A stretch of 64,000 nt of DNA from Methanomassiliicoccales archaeon (GTDB lineage: Archaea; Thermoplasmatota; Thermoplasmata; Methanomassiliicoccales; UBA472). The position numbers and the translations under genes were made by a program. The stretch's first letter is position 1, and the number at the start of each line of letters is the position of its first letter. Below are positions 44,904 through 53,580 of the stretch, in pieces. The notes beneath the pieces are model-generated. The model did not search any database. It worked only from the letters and a program-made list of their open reading frames with translations, and was not told the DNA's origin. Location: assembly GCA_028682895.1 (NCBI GenBank), contig JAJRAK010000057.1, positions 60,516-124,515 on the forward strand. Reading direction: 5' to 3'.

Positions 44904-46257
44904 ACGATATCACATCGGGACGGTCGTCACCGTCGGAAGGCACAGACCGGTGCCGAAGTTCATCGTCCGCCGGGAAGGCAACTGTATCAATTGCGGCAAG
45001 TGCGAACGGATGTGCGTCTACCAGGCGCACAGGCGCGATCCGGTGGACCCGAGGAAGATGGCCGAGCCGGACAGCACGCTCTGCAAGAACTGCTTCCGCT
45101 GCGTGGTGGAGTGCCCGCAGAGGGCCTTGTCCATCAGGGTGAACGATGACTTCAAGGCGTTGGGCAACGGAGTGTGGACCCCGGTGCGCATCACCACCAT
45201 GTGGGGGGAGGCCGAGAATGCTAAGATCCCAGTGCTGGGAGCAGGCTACCGCGGTCTGTTCTCCGGACCGGGGTTCGACGCCATGTGGACCGACATGAGC
45301 GAGATCGTCCGTCCGACCAGGGACGGCATCCACGGCCGTGAGTTCATATCCACTGGCGTGGACATAGGGCGCAAGCCTTCGCTGCTGCGGTTCGATGACG
45401 ACATGCGCCTTCTGACGGAAATGGGCACCATAATAGACCTGCCCGTGCCGTTCATGCTGGACCTTTCACGCCTCGTTGTGAGCGAAAACATCATGAAAGG
45501 TATCGCCGGAGCGGCCAAGGAACTTGGCACACTGCTGGTGTTGCCCGTCGGCTCGATCGAAAAGGTCAGCGCACTGATGGCGGACGATATGCTGGTCCCG
45601 GTGCTATCCAAGGTGGACGACCTGGAGCGTGTGCCGAAAGGCGTACGACTGGTGGAGATCGAGGGCGGCCCTGATTGGAAGAGGGACGTGAACGAACTCA
45701 AGCGCAGCAGGCCGGGAATGCTGGTCGGCGTCCGCATGACATCTTCGCCTGATCTCTTGACCGTGGCGAACGATATGGCCCGTGAGGCGGACGTACTGCA
45801 CGTACTATTTGCAGAAACGGGCATGGGCGCGGACGGGCAATATGCCAGGGACGCATCGCGCAAACTGCACCGGCAGCTGGTGGCCGCCGGCCTACGGGAT
45901 CAGATGACAATAGTGTCCTCGGGCGGACTGGCCGCGGCAGAGATGGTACCGAAGAGCATCATCTGCGGTGCCGACGCCGTCACCCTGGAAGGGGCGCTCA
46001 AGGTCGCCCTGGGTTGCCACGCATGCGTAGAATGCAAGGACTGTCCTGCGGATGTGGAGAACGCCCCGGAGGAGTTCGTAAGGCAGCGTGTGATCAACAT
46101 GTGCAGCGCCTGGAGGGACCAGATGCTGGAGATGCTAGGGGCCATGGGCATACGCGACCTGCGCCGTCTGAGGGGCGAGACCGGCCGCGCCATATTCCAG
46201 GAGGATGCGCATCGTGACGCGTTCTCCGGCATCGAGGGAGGTGAGAAGGTTGAGTGA
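44896..46257 (+). CDS. Glutamate-synthase-domain-2-like (FMN TIM-barrel) paralog with N-terminal 2x[4Fe-4S] ferredoxin domain
   Basis: GTG start overlaps the upstream stop. CINCGKCERMC and CKNCFRCVVECP. C-terminal SSGGLAAAEMVPKSIICGADAVTLEG...GCHACVECKDCP parallels the GltB2 FMN-domain C-terminus of the next gene. Confidence 0.55.
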   Translation: MYERYHIGTVVTVGRHRPVPKFIVRREGNCINCGKCERMCVYQAHRRDPVDPRKMAEPDSTLCKNCFRCVVECPQRALSIRVNDDFKALGNGVWTPVRITTMWGEAENAKIPVLGAGYRGLFSGPGFDAMWTDMSEIVRPTRDGIHGREFISTGVDIGRKPSLLRFDDDMRLLTEMGTIIDLPVPFMLDLSRLVVSENIMKGIAGAAKELGTLLVLPVGSIEKVSALMADDMLVPVLSKVDDLERVPKGVRLVEIEGGPDWKRDVNELKRSRPGMLVGVRMTSSPDLLTVANDMAREADVLHVLFAETGMGADGQYARDASRKLHRQLVAAGLRDQMTIVSSGGLAAAEMVPKSIICGADAVTLEGALKVALGCHACVECKDCPADVENAPEEFVRQRVINMCSAWRDQMLEMLGAMGIRDLRRLRGETGRAIFQEDAHRDAFSGIEGGEKVE

Positions 46258-47743
46258 TGATCATTACGATCGCGTACCAGAGGCGACCTGGATACCGTCC
46301 GAGAGGCTCGAGTTCGTTAACCGTTACAAGGTGGAGCGCAAGGACACCTGCATCTCCTGCGGGCTCTGCGAATCGCTGTGCCCGAACGGGGTGCACCGCC
46401 GGACCGAAGGTCATGCGCGCATACTGCCGCCCTACGATCAGAGGTGCATCGGCCCCTCGTGCTCGAGCAACGACTACTATTGCGTCTCCCATTGTCCGAC
46501 CGACTCCCTGAGCGTCAGGGCGAGCGAGACGTTCAGCGCCTTGGGCGATGTACGATGGACCACGGAGATGATATTGGCGACCTGGGGCATGGCCGAGACC
46601 GGCCAACCGATAGCGCTGGACCATCCCGGGAACACCGGCAGTTCCGGCGGCGGGTTCGACAATCTGCACTTCAAGCGGGGGAACGTTCCCGAGGACATAG
46701 ATTACAAGGAGTTCAGCACCGCCATCGACCTGAACCACCGGGAAGGGCAGAAGCTGCGCATAGCGATACCGCTGTATGGCGGCGGCATGTCATACGGTTC
46801 CGTCTCCCTGCACACCATGGTGTCCAGGGCCAGGGCCATGAAGGCCTGGGGAACGTACACGTGCACGGGCGAGGGCGGATACCCGGCAGAGCTGCTGCCG
46901 TACAAGGACAACGTCATCACCCAGATCGCCACCGGGCTGTTCGGGGTGAAGGAAGAGACCATAATGCGCGCGCCCATCATCGAGTTCAAGTACGCGCAGG
47001 GGGCCAAGCCTGGACTGGGCGGACATCTGTTGGGCGACAAGAACACGCCCTTGGTCGCTATGATGAGGGAGGCCGTGCCGGGCACTTCGCTGTTCTCGCC
47101 CTTCCCCTTCCATAGCGTGTACTCGGTCGAGGACCACAAGAAGCATCTGGACTGGATATCGTCCATCAATCCCAGGGCGCTCCTTTCCGTTAAGGTTTCC
47201 ACCCCCAACGATGTGGAGATGGTGGCCATCGGTTCCTATTACGCTGGAGCGCACATCGTGCATCTGGACGGTGGATACGGCGGTACCGGCGCGGCGCCGG
47301 AGATAGCCAAGAAGAACATAGCGATGCCTATTGAGTACGCCATACCGAAGGTGCACAAGTTCCTGACCAATGAAGGTGTCCGTGACAGCGTGACGCTCAT
47401 CGCCAGCGGAGGCATGCGCACCGCCATGGACGTGGCCAAGGCCATAGCGCTGGGAGCGGACGGCGTGGTCGTCGGCACCGCGGAGCTGGTGGCGCTGGGA
47501 TGCGTGCGCTGTGGCAACTGCGAATCCGGCCGGGGCTGCCCCAGGGGGATAGCCACCACCGACCCGATACTGTACCTGCAGATGAACACGGATTGGGGCT
47601 CGCAGCGTCTGATCAACCTGTTCTCCGCCTGGCGCAAACAATGGTGCCAGCTGCTGGCATCCTTCGGCATGAAGGACATCACCGAGCTGAGGGGAAGGAC
47701 GGACCTGCTGCGTTACGAGGAAAAGAAGGAGGGACGGGCATGA
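46250..47743 (+). CDS. gltB2: Glutamate synthase FMN-binding domain protein (archaeal GltB2-type) with N-terminal ferredoxin domain
   Basis: CISCGLCESLCP. GEGGYPAELL...KYAQGAKPGLGGHLLGDKNT...SPFPFHSVYSVEDH...DGGYGGTGAAP...ASGGMRTAMDVAKAIALGADGV are GltS FMN-domain signatures. Probable TTG start at about 46250; the supplied ORF starts at 46205. Confidence 0.8.
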   Translation: MSDDHYDRVPEATWIPSERLEFVNRYKVERKDTCISCGLCESLCPNGVHRRTEGHARILPPYDQRCIGPSCSSNDYYCVSHCPTDSLSVRASETFSALGDVRWTTEMILATWGMAETGQPIALDHPGNTGSSGGGFDNLHFKRGNVPEDIDYKEFSTAIDLNHREGQKLRIAIPLYGGGMSYGSVSLHTMVSRARAMKAWGTYTCTGEGGYPAELLPYKDNVITQIATGLFGVKEETIMRAPIIEFKYAQGAKPGLGGHLLGDKNTPLVAMMREAVPGTSLFSPFPFHSVYSVEDHKKHLDWISSINPRALLSVKVSTPNDVEMVAIGSYYAGAHIVHLDGGYGGTGAAPEIAKKNIAMPIEYAIPKVHKFLTNEGVRDSVTLIASGGMRTAMDVAKAIALGADGVVVGTAELVALGCVRCGNCESGRGCPRGIATTDPILYLQMNTDWGSQRLINLFSAWRKQWCQLLASFGMKDITELRGRTDLLRYEEKKEGRA

Positions 47744-50337
47744 ACGACCATACCAACGCATTGATCGCCTCCAGGGAATGGAAGAACGAATGCCGGCCCA
47801 AGCTCAGCCGCTTGCAGATGGAGGCCGAGGGAGGATGCGGAGTGGTCGGGCTGGCCGCGTCCATGGGACTTCCGGGAAGTCATATCATGGAGCCGCTGGT
47901 GCAGATGCACAACCGCGGCAACGGCAAGGGCGGCGGCATCGCCGCCGTAGGACTTGACGCCAAACAGATGAAGGTCCCAGAACAGGTGCTGAAAGACAAC
48001 TACCTGGTGCAGGTCGCCTACGTAGACCCTGCCTCACGCGAGGAGCTGGAGAGGCAGTTCATAGATGAGCGCTACATCGTCCACACCCGCTACATGGTCG
48101 AGGAGAGCGACGACCCGACCGTCCTCTCCGTCCTTCCGGTAAGACCGCCGCAGGTATGGCGCTACTTCTGCCGGGCCAGGCCTGAACGTTTGAAGGCGTT
48201 CGTGGAGGAGCGGGGGCTGCAGGGCATGGACGCCCGGCGGGCCGAGGACGAGTTCGTCAGTCAGACCAGCTTCGTCATCAACGACCTGTTCTATGTGAAG
48301 AGGGGGATGAAGGCCTTCGTCATGTCGCACGGTCGCGACATGATCATCATGAAGGTGGTCGGCTACGCCGAGGACGTCATCCGCTTCTATCGCCTGGAGA
48401 ACGTGACCGCACACGTCTGGATAGGGCACCAGCGCTATCCCACCAAGGGCAAGGTCTGGCACCCAGGCGGGGCCCATCCGTTCATAGGCATGGACGAGGG
48501 GCTGGTGCATAACGGTGATTTTGCCAACTACCACTCGGTGAGCGAATACCTGGCTCAGAAGAACGTCGTGCCGCAGTTCCTAACGGACACGGAGGTCTCG
48601 GTGCTTCTGTTCGACCTCCTGAACCGGACCTACGGCTATCCGTTGGAATACATAATCGAAGCGTTGGCCCCGACGACGGAGCGTGACTTCCATAATCTGC
48701 CTGAAGATAAGAAGAAAATATATCAGGCGATCCAGCGCACCCATGTGCACGCCTCGCCGGACGGTCCCTGGTTCTTCATAATCGCCAGGAACTGCTTCTA
48801 TGAGGACAAGTACCAGCTGATCGGGATAACAGACCCGTCCATGCTGAGGCCGCAGGTCTTCGCCCTGGTCGAAGGTGACGTGCAGATAGCGCTCATCGGC
48901 TCGGAGAAGCAAGCGATAGACTCGGCCCTGCGCTCGATCTCGAAGGACCATCCATCGGTCCCCAAGCAGGCGGACATCTACTGGAACGCCCGCGGCGGCA
49001 GCCATACTGACGGCGGTGCCTTCGTCTTCAACCTGGAGAAGGATGGGAACGGAAGGAGATTGGTCTGCACAAATAAGTTCTCGGCACCGGTCCATCTACA
49101 AATGGCGTACGACCGACAGGGGGACCTTAGCTTGGCCGCCCCGCTCAAGACCGGGGGCGAGGACCCGCTCGTTTCGTCCGGTGACGGGGAAGAGATGTTC
49201 CGCCGGTTCATCTCCGCCCTGCCGTCCATGGACGCCACGTCGTTCCGCAACATGCTCCAGGCCGCCATGGCCAGAGCCTCGCGCGGGGACGACGATGTCA
49301 AGGCAGTGCTCGACCTCCTCACCTTGATGATCGATAGGCGCTATCCATGCGCCAAGCTCAGGCGCAGCCGCGTGATCGACAAGGCATTGGAGGCGGTGAA
49401 CGGCATCAGCAGGGCATTGACGAGGGCGCCCGGTAATGGTTCCAGATACATGTTAGTGGACCAGCAGGACCGCGGGGGCTTGCCTGCGGTCCAGGATGCC
49501 GGACGCACACTGATGGTGGACTGCCGCGGGTTCCCCATGGAGGGTGAGGACGGCCCGTCCTTCGTCATACGGGACGCCTTTGAAAAAGGCTGGAGGCACG
49601 TCATCATGATCGATGCCCACGGCCAGCGCTTCTTCGGCTGCGGTCTCGGACAGAGCTCCCAGGGCATGAAGGTAGAAGCGTACGGTACGTCCGGTGACTA
49701 TCTCGCCTCCGGTCTGGCCGGGGCAGAGGTAGTGGTCCATGGCAACGCCCAGGACCAGCTCGGGCAGATATTCGCCTCCGGGAAGCTGGTAGTGCATGGT
49801 GACGTAGGGCAGACGTTCATGTACGGGGCGAAAGGTGGCGAGGCCTATATCATGGGAAATGCAGCTGGTCGCCCTCTGATCAACGCCGTGGGCAAGCCAC
49901 GCGTGGTCATCAACGGCACCTGCCTGGACTATCTGGCGGAATCGTTCATGGCCGGAGACCCGCTGAACGGCGGCGGCTTCGTCATCCTGAACGGCATCAC
50001 CTTCGATGCTGATGGAAGACCGACGGAGCTGGCGGCCCCGTACCCGGGTAGCAACCTGTTCTCCCTGGCATCGGGCGGCGCGATATACGTGCGCGACCCT
50101 CATCGGAAGGTCACTGCGGACCAGCTCAACGGCGGACGTTTCGGGAAGATGACCGACAAGGACTGGGAGACCATACTGCCGTACCTACGGGAGAACGAGC
50201 GCCTGTTCGGTGTGCCGGTGGAAGGGTTCCTGCTCAACGTCGGTGGGAGGACCGCACCTTCGTGCAAGGTCTACCGGAAGATCGTGCCCCTGACCGCGAG
50301 AACGGTCGAGGATGAGCCGTTGGACGATGATATATGA
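47740..50337 (+). CDS. Fusion of glutamate synthase amidotransferase domain (GltB1, class-II GATase) and C-terminal GXGXG domain (GltB3)
   Basis: CGVVGLAASMGLPGSHIMEPLVQMHNRGNGKGGGIAAVG is the Ntn GATase N-terminus. C-terminal ...DAHGQRFFGCGLGQ...VHGNAQDQLGQIFASGKLVVHGDVGQTFMYGAKGGEAYIMGNAAGR is the GXGXG beta-helix. ATG overlaps the upstream stop (ATGA). Confidence 0.8.
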   Translation: MNDHTNALIASREWKNECRPKLSRLQMEAEGGCGVVGLAASMGLPGSHIMEPLVQMHNRGNGKGGGIAAVGLDAKQMKVPEQVLKDNYLVQVAYVDPASREELERQFIDERYIVHTRYMVEESDDPTVLSVLPVRPPQVWRYFCRARPERLKAFVEERGLQGMDARRAEDEFVSQTSFVINDLFYVKRGMKAFVMSHGRDMIIMKVVGYAEDVIRFYRLENVTAHVWIGHQRYPTKGKVWHPGGAHPFIGMDEGLVHNGDFANYHSVSEYLAQKNVVPQFLTDTEVSVLLFDLLNRTYGYPLEYIIEALAPTTERDFHNLPEDKKKIYQAIQRTHVHASPDGPWFFIIARNCFYEDKYQLIGITDPSMLRPQVFALVEGDVQIALIGSEKQAIDSALRSISKDHPSVPKQADIYWNARGGSHTDGGAFVFNLEKDGNGRRLVCTNKFSAPVHLQMAYDRQGDLSLAAPLKTGGEDPLVSSGDGEEMFRRFISALPSMDATSFRNMLQAAMARASRGDDDVKAVLDLLTLMIDRRYPCAKLRRSRVIDKALEAVNGISRALTRAPGNGSRYMLVDQQDRGGLPAVQDAGRTLMVDCRGFPMEGEDGPSFVIRDAFEKGWRHVIMIDAHGQRFFGCGLGQSSQGMKVEAYGTSGDYLASGLAGAEVVVHGNAQDQLGQIFASGKLVVHGDVGQTFMYGAKGGEAYIMGNAAGRPLINAVGKPRVVINGTCLDYLAESFMAGDPLNGGGFVILNGITFDADGRPTELAAPYPGSNLFSLASGGAIYVRDPHRKVTADQLNGGRFGKMTDKDWETILPYLRENERLFGVPVEGFLLNVGGRTAPSCKVYRKIVPLTARTVEDEPLDDDI

Positions 50338-50388
50338 AAGCGCAACCATCATGAGCCCCCAAGGCACTTCCTCCTAGGGGAGAGGACC

Positions 50389-51117
50389 TTGGGCGGACCT
50401 GATAACGCGGACGGGGGAGCTGATGGACCCATCTGGGACAGGCTCATCTTCGACCATATCGGTCCAACACAGGTCGTGGTGGAGATATTCTACGGCCTGA
50501 TAATGGCCATGGCCCTGAGCAACACCTTGCGCTTGGCGTTGATCGGACAACCGGCGAACGAGGTGGCCTACGTCATCTCCATCGCCGTTTTAGGGTGCAA
50601 TGCTGCCTGGGGGATCGCCGACGGTACCGTGAACGCCTTGGCCTCCCACTACCAGAACGTCTATTATTATCGCCTGGTAAAGAAGATCAAGGAGGGCAAG
50701 GACGATAGGGACACCAGGGAGCTGGCGGACAGGGTGCTGACCGAGGCGCTCGACGAGATACAGGTCGACGTACTGGACGATGATACCAAATGGCTGATGG
50801 GCGATGCCATCATCCAATCGGTCAAGAGGAAGGAGATAAGGCACCCGAAGGTCGGGAGGTCACATCTCATCGCCGGTCTTTGGTGCATACTGCTGAACAT
50901 ATTGGCCGCGCTCCCGTTCGTGCTGATATATCAGTTCATGACCATCATCGACACGAACATCGTGACGTTGATCGCCAACATCGTGGGCGCAGCGCTGCTG
51001 TTCGCCCTGGGCACCTTCCTGGACCGTCAGATGGGAAGAGGAAGGGCCAAGACCGGATGGATAATGGTCGGTCTGGGCATGCTCATGCTCCTCACGATAA
51101 TCGTCCTCGGAGGATGA
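50389..51117 (+). CDS. Membrane protein, possibly VIT1/CCC1-family (iron/manganese transporter-like)
   Basis: TM segments flank an acidic cytoplasmic region (LTEALDEIQVDVLDDD...); about 240 aa. Confidence 0.35.
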   Translation: MGGPDNADGGADGPIWDRLIFDHIGPTQVVVEIFYGLIMAMALSNTLRLALIGQPANEVAYVISIAVLGCNAAWGIADGTVNALASHYQNVYYYRLVKKIKEGKDDRDTRELADRVLTEALDEIQVDVLDDDTKWLMGDAIIQSVKRKEIRHPKVGRSHLIAGLWCILLNILAALPFVLIYQFMTIIDTNIVTLIANIVGAALLFALGTFLDRQMGRGRAKTGWIMVGLGMLMLLTIIVLGG

Positions 51118-51164
51118 TGCGTCTAGCGCAATCTTTTTGAGCTCAATAACGCAAGTATCATACG

Positions 51165-51713
51165 ATGCCTATGCGAGCATACAACCTTCTGGTGACCTTT
51201 CACCATAACCAGAAAGGTCATGCCGAGCAAGAGGTCAGGGACCGCATGAAGGACCTGGGTGCCTACGTTGAGAAGCTAGAGCTCTGTGATACGGAAGGAG
51301 TGTTCCTGATACAGGTCGGTGGGGACGCCAAGGTCCTGGTATCGCAATTGAAGCGCATGTGCCATGAGGACCCCGGGCAGTTCCTGTACACCTATCATTG
51401 GGTGCCGATCGAGCGATGGGTCGTGTCTCAGATGAGCGACCTTCGTTCCGCGGTGACAGAGATAGGAAAGGGAATAGGTGACGGTGAGACGTGGATGATG
51501 CACCTTCACAAGCGGCATTTCGAAGAGCACCATGATGACATCATCGCCTATCTCACCGACCCGCTGAACAAAGGCCCGGTGAACATGAGCGACCCGGACC
51601 GCATCATAGCGGTGGAGATACTGGGAAAGAGCTCGGACATCTCCCTCCTGAACCGGTATGAGCTGTTGGACGTGAACAAGGTCAAACAGACCTTGGAAGC
51701 GGACAGACTTTAA
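51165..51713 (+). CDS. THUMP-domain protein (stand-alone, COG1818-like)
   Basis: 182 aa; LLVTFHHNQKGHAEQEV... shows THUMP-like topology. Weak. Confidence 0.4.
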   Translation: MPMRAYNLLVTFHHNQKGHAEQEVRDRMKDLGAYVEKLELCDTEGVFLIQVGGDAKVLVSQLKRMCHEDPGQFLYTYHWVPIERWVVSQMSDLRSAVTEIGKGIGDGETWMMHLHKRHFEEHHDDIIAYLTDPLNKGPVNMSDPDRIIAVEILGKSSDISLLNRYELLDVNKVKQTLEADRL

Positions 51714-51934
51714 GGGCATGCCCTCGGACCCTTAGCTCAGCGTAAGCTTCATCGAATTCTCCTCATTTATTACACGTTTGTTCTGTCCTTCTTTATGAAT
51801 CGATACATTTGTATGTTCATCAGCGCGAACAGTAGCTGAAGGTCAAGGTGACCGTCGGGCGACTGATAAAATCGTATATTTGAGATAATTTAAAAATGGA
51901 CCGCAATGTATAATAATAGGGAAAAAAACTCGGG

Positions 51935-52159
51935 ATGCTCATGGTATCCCCTCAAGTAGAGAAACTGTTCAACGCATTGATGAAGGCCGGCGTCACCGCC
52001 GAGGACAAGGCCATCAGCGCCGAGAAGGCAACTGCCCTCTCCAAGCTGCCCAAGGCCCAGTGCATGAACGCCCTGCAGGAACTGAAGAAGGCTGGCGCGC
52101 TGAAGGAAAAGAAGAACAACAATGCGGTCTCATATTTCCTTGTGAAAACTTCACTGTGA
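51935..52159 (+). CDS. Small putative winged-helix DNA-binding protein
   Basis: 74 aa, basic and helical. Located immediately upstream of a palindromic motif and the proAB operon. Confidence 0.35.
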   Translation: MLMVSPQVEKLFNALMKAGVTAEDKAISAEKATALSKLPKAQCMNALQELKKAGALKEKKNNNAVSYFLVKTSL

Positions 52160-52166
52160 ACACCCT

Positions 52167-52196
52167 GGGGGATGCCAGGCATCCCTCGGGATGCCG
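52167..52196 (+). promoter_or_regulatory. Palindromic GGGATGCC / GGCATCCC motif with a third direct copy, upstream of proA
   Basis: gggatgcc-a-ggcatccc at 52169-52185 and gggatgcc again at 52188-52195, about 70 bp upstream of the proA start. Confidence 0.4.
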
Positions 52197-52263
52197 GCGA
52201 AGGATGCTCGATGTTCTTTTCATTTAAATCGACCGCGCGTCGGCAACGTTCAGCGAAAGGATT

Positions 52264-53580
52264 ATGACTTTATCCGCTATGCCAATGTTCGACATGGACG
52301 CGGTGGAGAGGTCGGCAAGGGAGGCCAAGGCGGCATCGTACCGTCTGCAGAGCCTATCGCAGGTGGTCAGGAACGAGGCACTCCAGGAGATCGCTTCTGC
52401 CTTGATGCAGGGCGCCGACGCTATCTTTAAAGCGAACGAAAAGGACCTGGCCGATGCGGAGAAGGCCGGTCTGGCGAAGCCGATGATTAAGCGTCTGCGC
52501 TACGACCGAAAGAAGATGGAGGAAACGGTCGAGTCGCTGCGTTCGCTCGTCGCTCAGGAGGACCCCATCGGCAAGGTCGTCTCCCGCACGGAGATGGACG
52601 AGGGCCTTGTTCTAGAGAGGGTCACTTGCCCGATAGGTGTCATCGGAGTGATATTCGAATCGCGCCCGGAGGCGTTGGTGCAGATCTCGGCCTTGTGCAT
52701 TAAGTCCGGCAACGCCGTCATACTTAAGGGCGGGTCCGAGGCCATCCATACCAACGAGGCCTTGGCCAAGGTCATCGCCAAAACGATATCTGAGGTGGAC
52801 GAGCGGTTCGAGGGAGCGGTGCAGCTTCTGTCGACCAGGGAGGAGATCAACGCCCTGCTATCGATGGACCAGTACGTCGACCTCATAATCCCCCGCGGCT
52901 CGAACCAGCTGGTCAGCTTCATCAAGTCGCACACCAAGATACCGGTGCTGGGGCATTCGGACGGCATCTGCCACACCTATGTGGACGAGAAGGCCGACCT
53001 GGAGATGGCCATGCGTGTGTGCTATGACGCCAAGGTGCAATATCCGGCGGTATGCAACGCCATGGAGACGCTGCTGGTGCATGAGAGCGTCGCTCTTGCG
53101 TTCTTACCGGCCATGGCCGACCTTTACAACAGGGCGGGGGTGGAGCTGCGCGGCGACGAAGGCTGCCGCTCCATAGTGGAGATGAAGGAGGCCACGGAAA
53201 AGGACTGGTCCGCGGAGTACAACGACCTCGTCCTCTCCATCAAGATAGTCTCCTCGATGGAGGAGGCGATCGAGCACATCAACCGCTATGGCTCGCATCA
53301 CACCGACGCCATCATCACCTCGGACGAGAAGAGCGCCAGGCACTTCATGGACGAGGTCGACTCAGCGTCTGTCATGTGGAACTGCTCCACGCGCTTCGCT
53401 GACGGATATCGTTATGGTCTTGGTGCCGAGGTGGGGATAAGCACCAACAAGACGCATGCGCGCGGCCCTGTCGGCCTGGAAGGACTGACCATATACAAAT
53501 ACCGCCTCTCTGGCTCCGGACACGTCGTGGCCGATTATGCCGGGGGCGAGCGCAAGTTCACCCACAGGAAATTACTATGA
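52264..53580 (+). CDS. proA: Gamma-glutamyl phosphate reductase
   Basis: About 438 aa of the aldehyde dehydrogenase superfamily. ProA-specific motifs; catalytic Cys in HSDGICHTY. Operonic with proB. Confidence 0.85.
   Translation: MTLSAMPMFDMDAVERSAREAKAASYRLQSLSQVVRNEALQEIASALMQGADAIFKANEKDLADAEKAGLAKPMIKRLRYDRKKMEETVESLRSLVAQEDPIGKVVSRTEMDEGLVLERVTCPIGVIGVIFESRPEALVQISALCIKSGNAVILKGGSEAIHTNEALAKVIAKTISEVDERFEGAVQLLSTREEINALLSMDQYVDLIIPRGSNQLVSFIKSHTKIPVLGHSDGICHTYVDEKADLEMAMRVCYDAKVQYPAVCNAMETLLVHESVALAFLPAMADLYNRAGVELRGDEGCRSIVEMKEATEKDWSAEYNDLVLSIKIVSSMEEAIEHINRYGSHHTDAIITSDEKSARHFMDEVDSASVMWNCSTRFADGYRYGLGAEVGISTNKTHARGPVGLEGLTIYKYRLSGSGHVVADYAGGERKFTHRKLL

Noticed and set aside
46790-47761. 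323-aa minus-strand ORF and other long antisense ORFs across 43000-50300
   Set aside because: All are antisense to the strongly supported GltS-like genes. High GC keeps antisense frames open.
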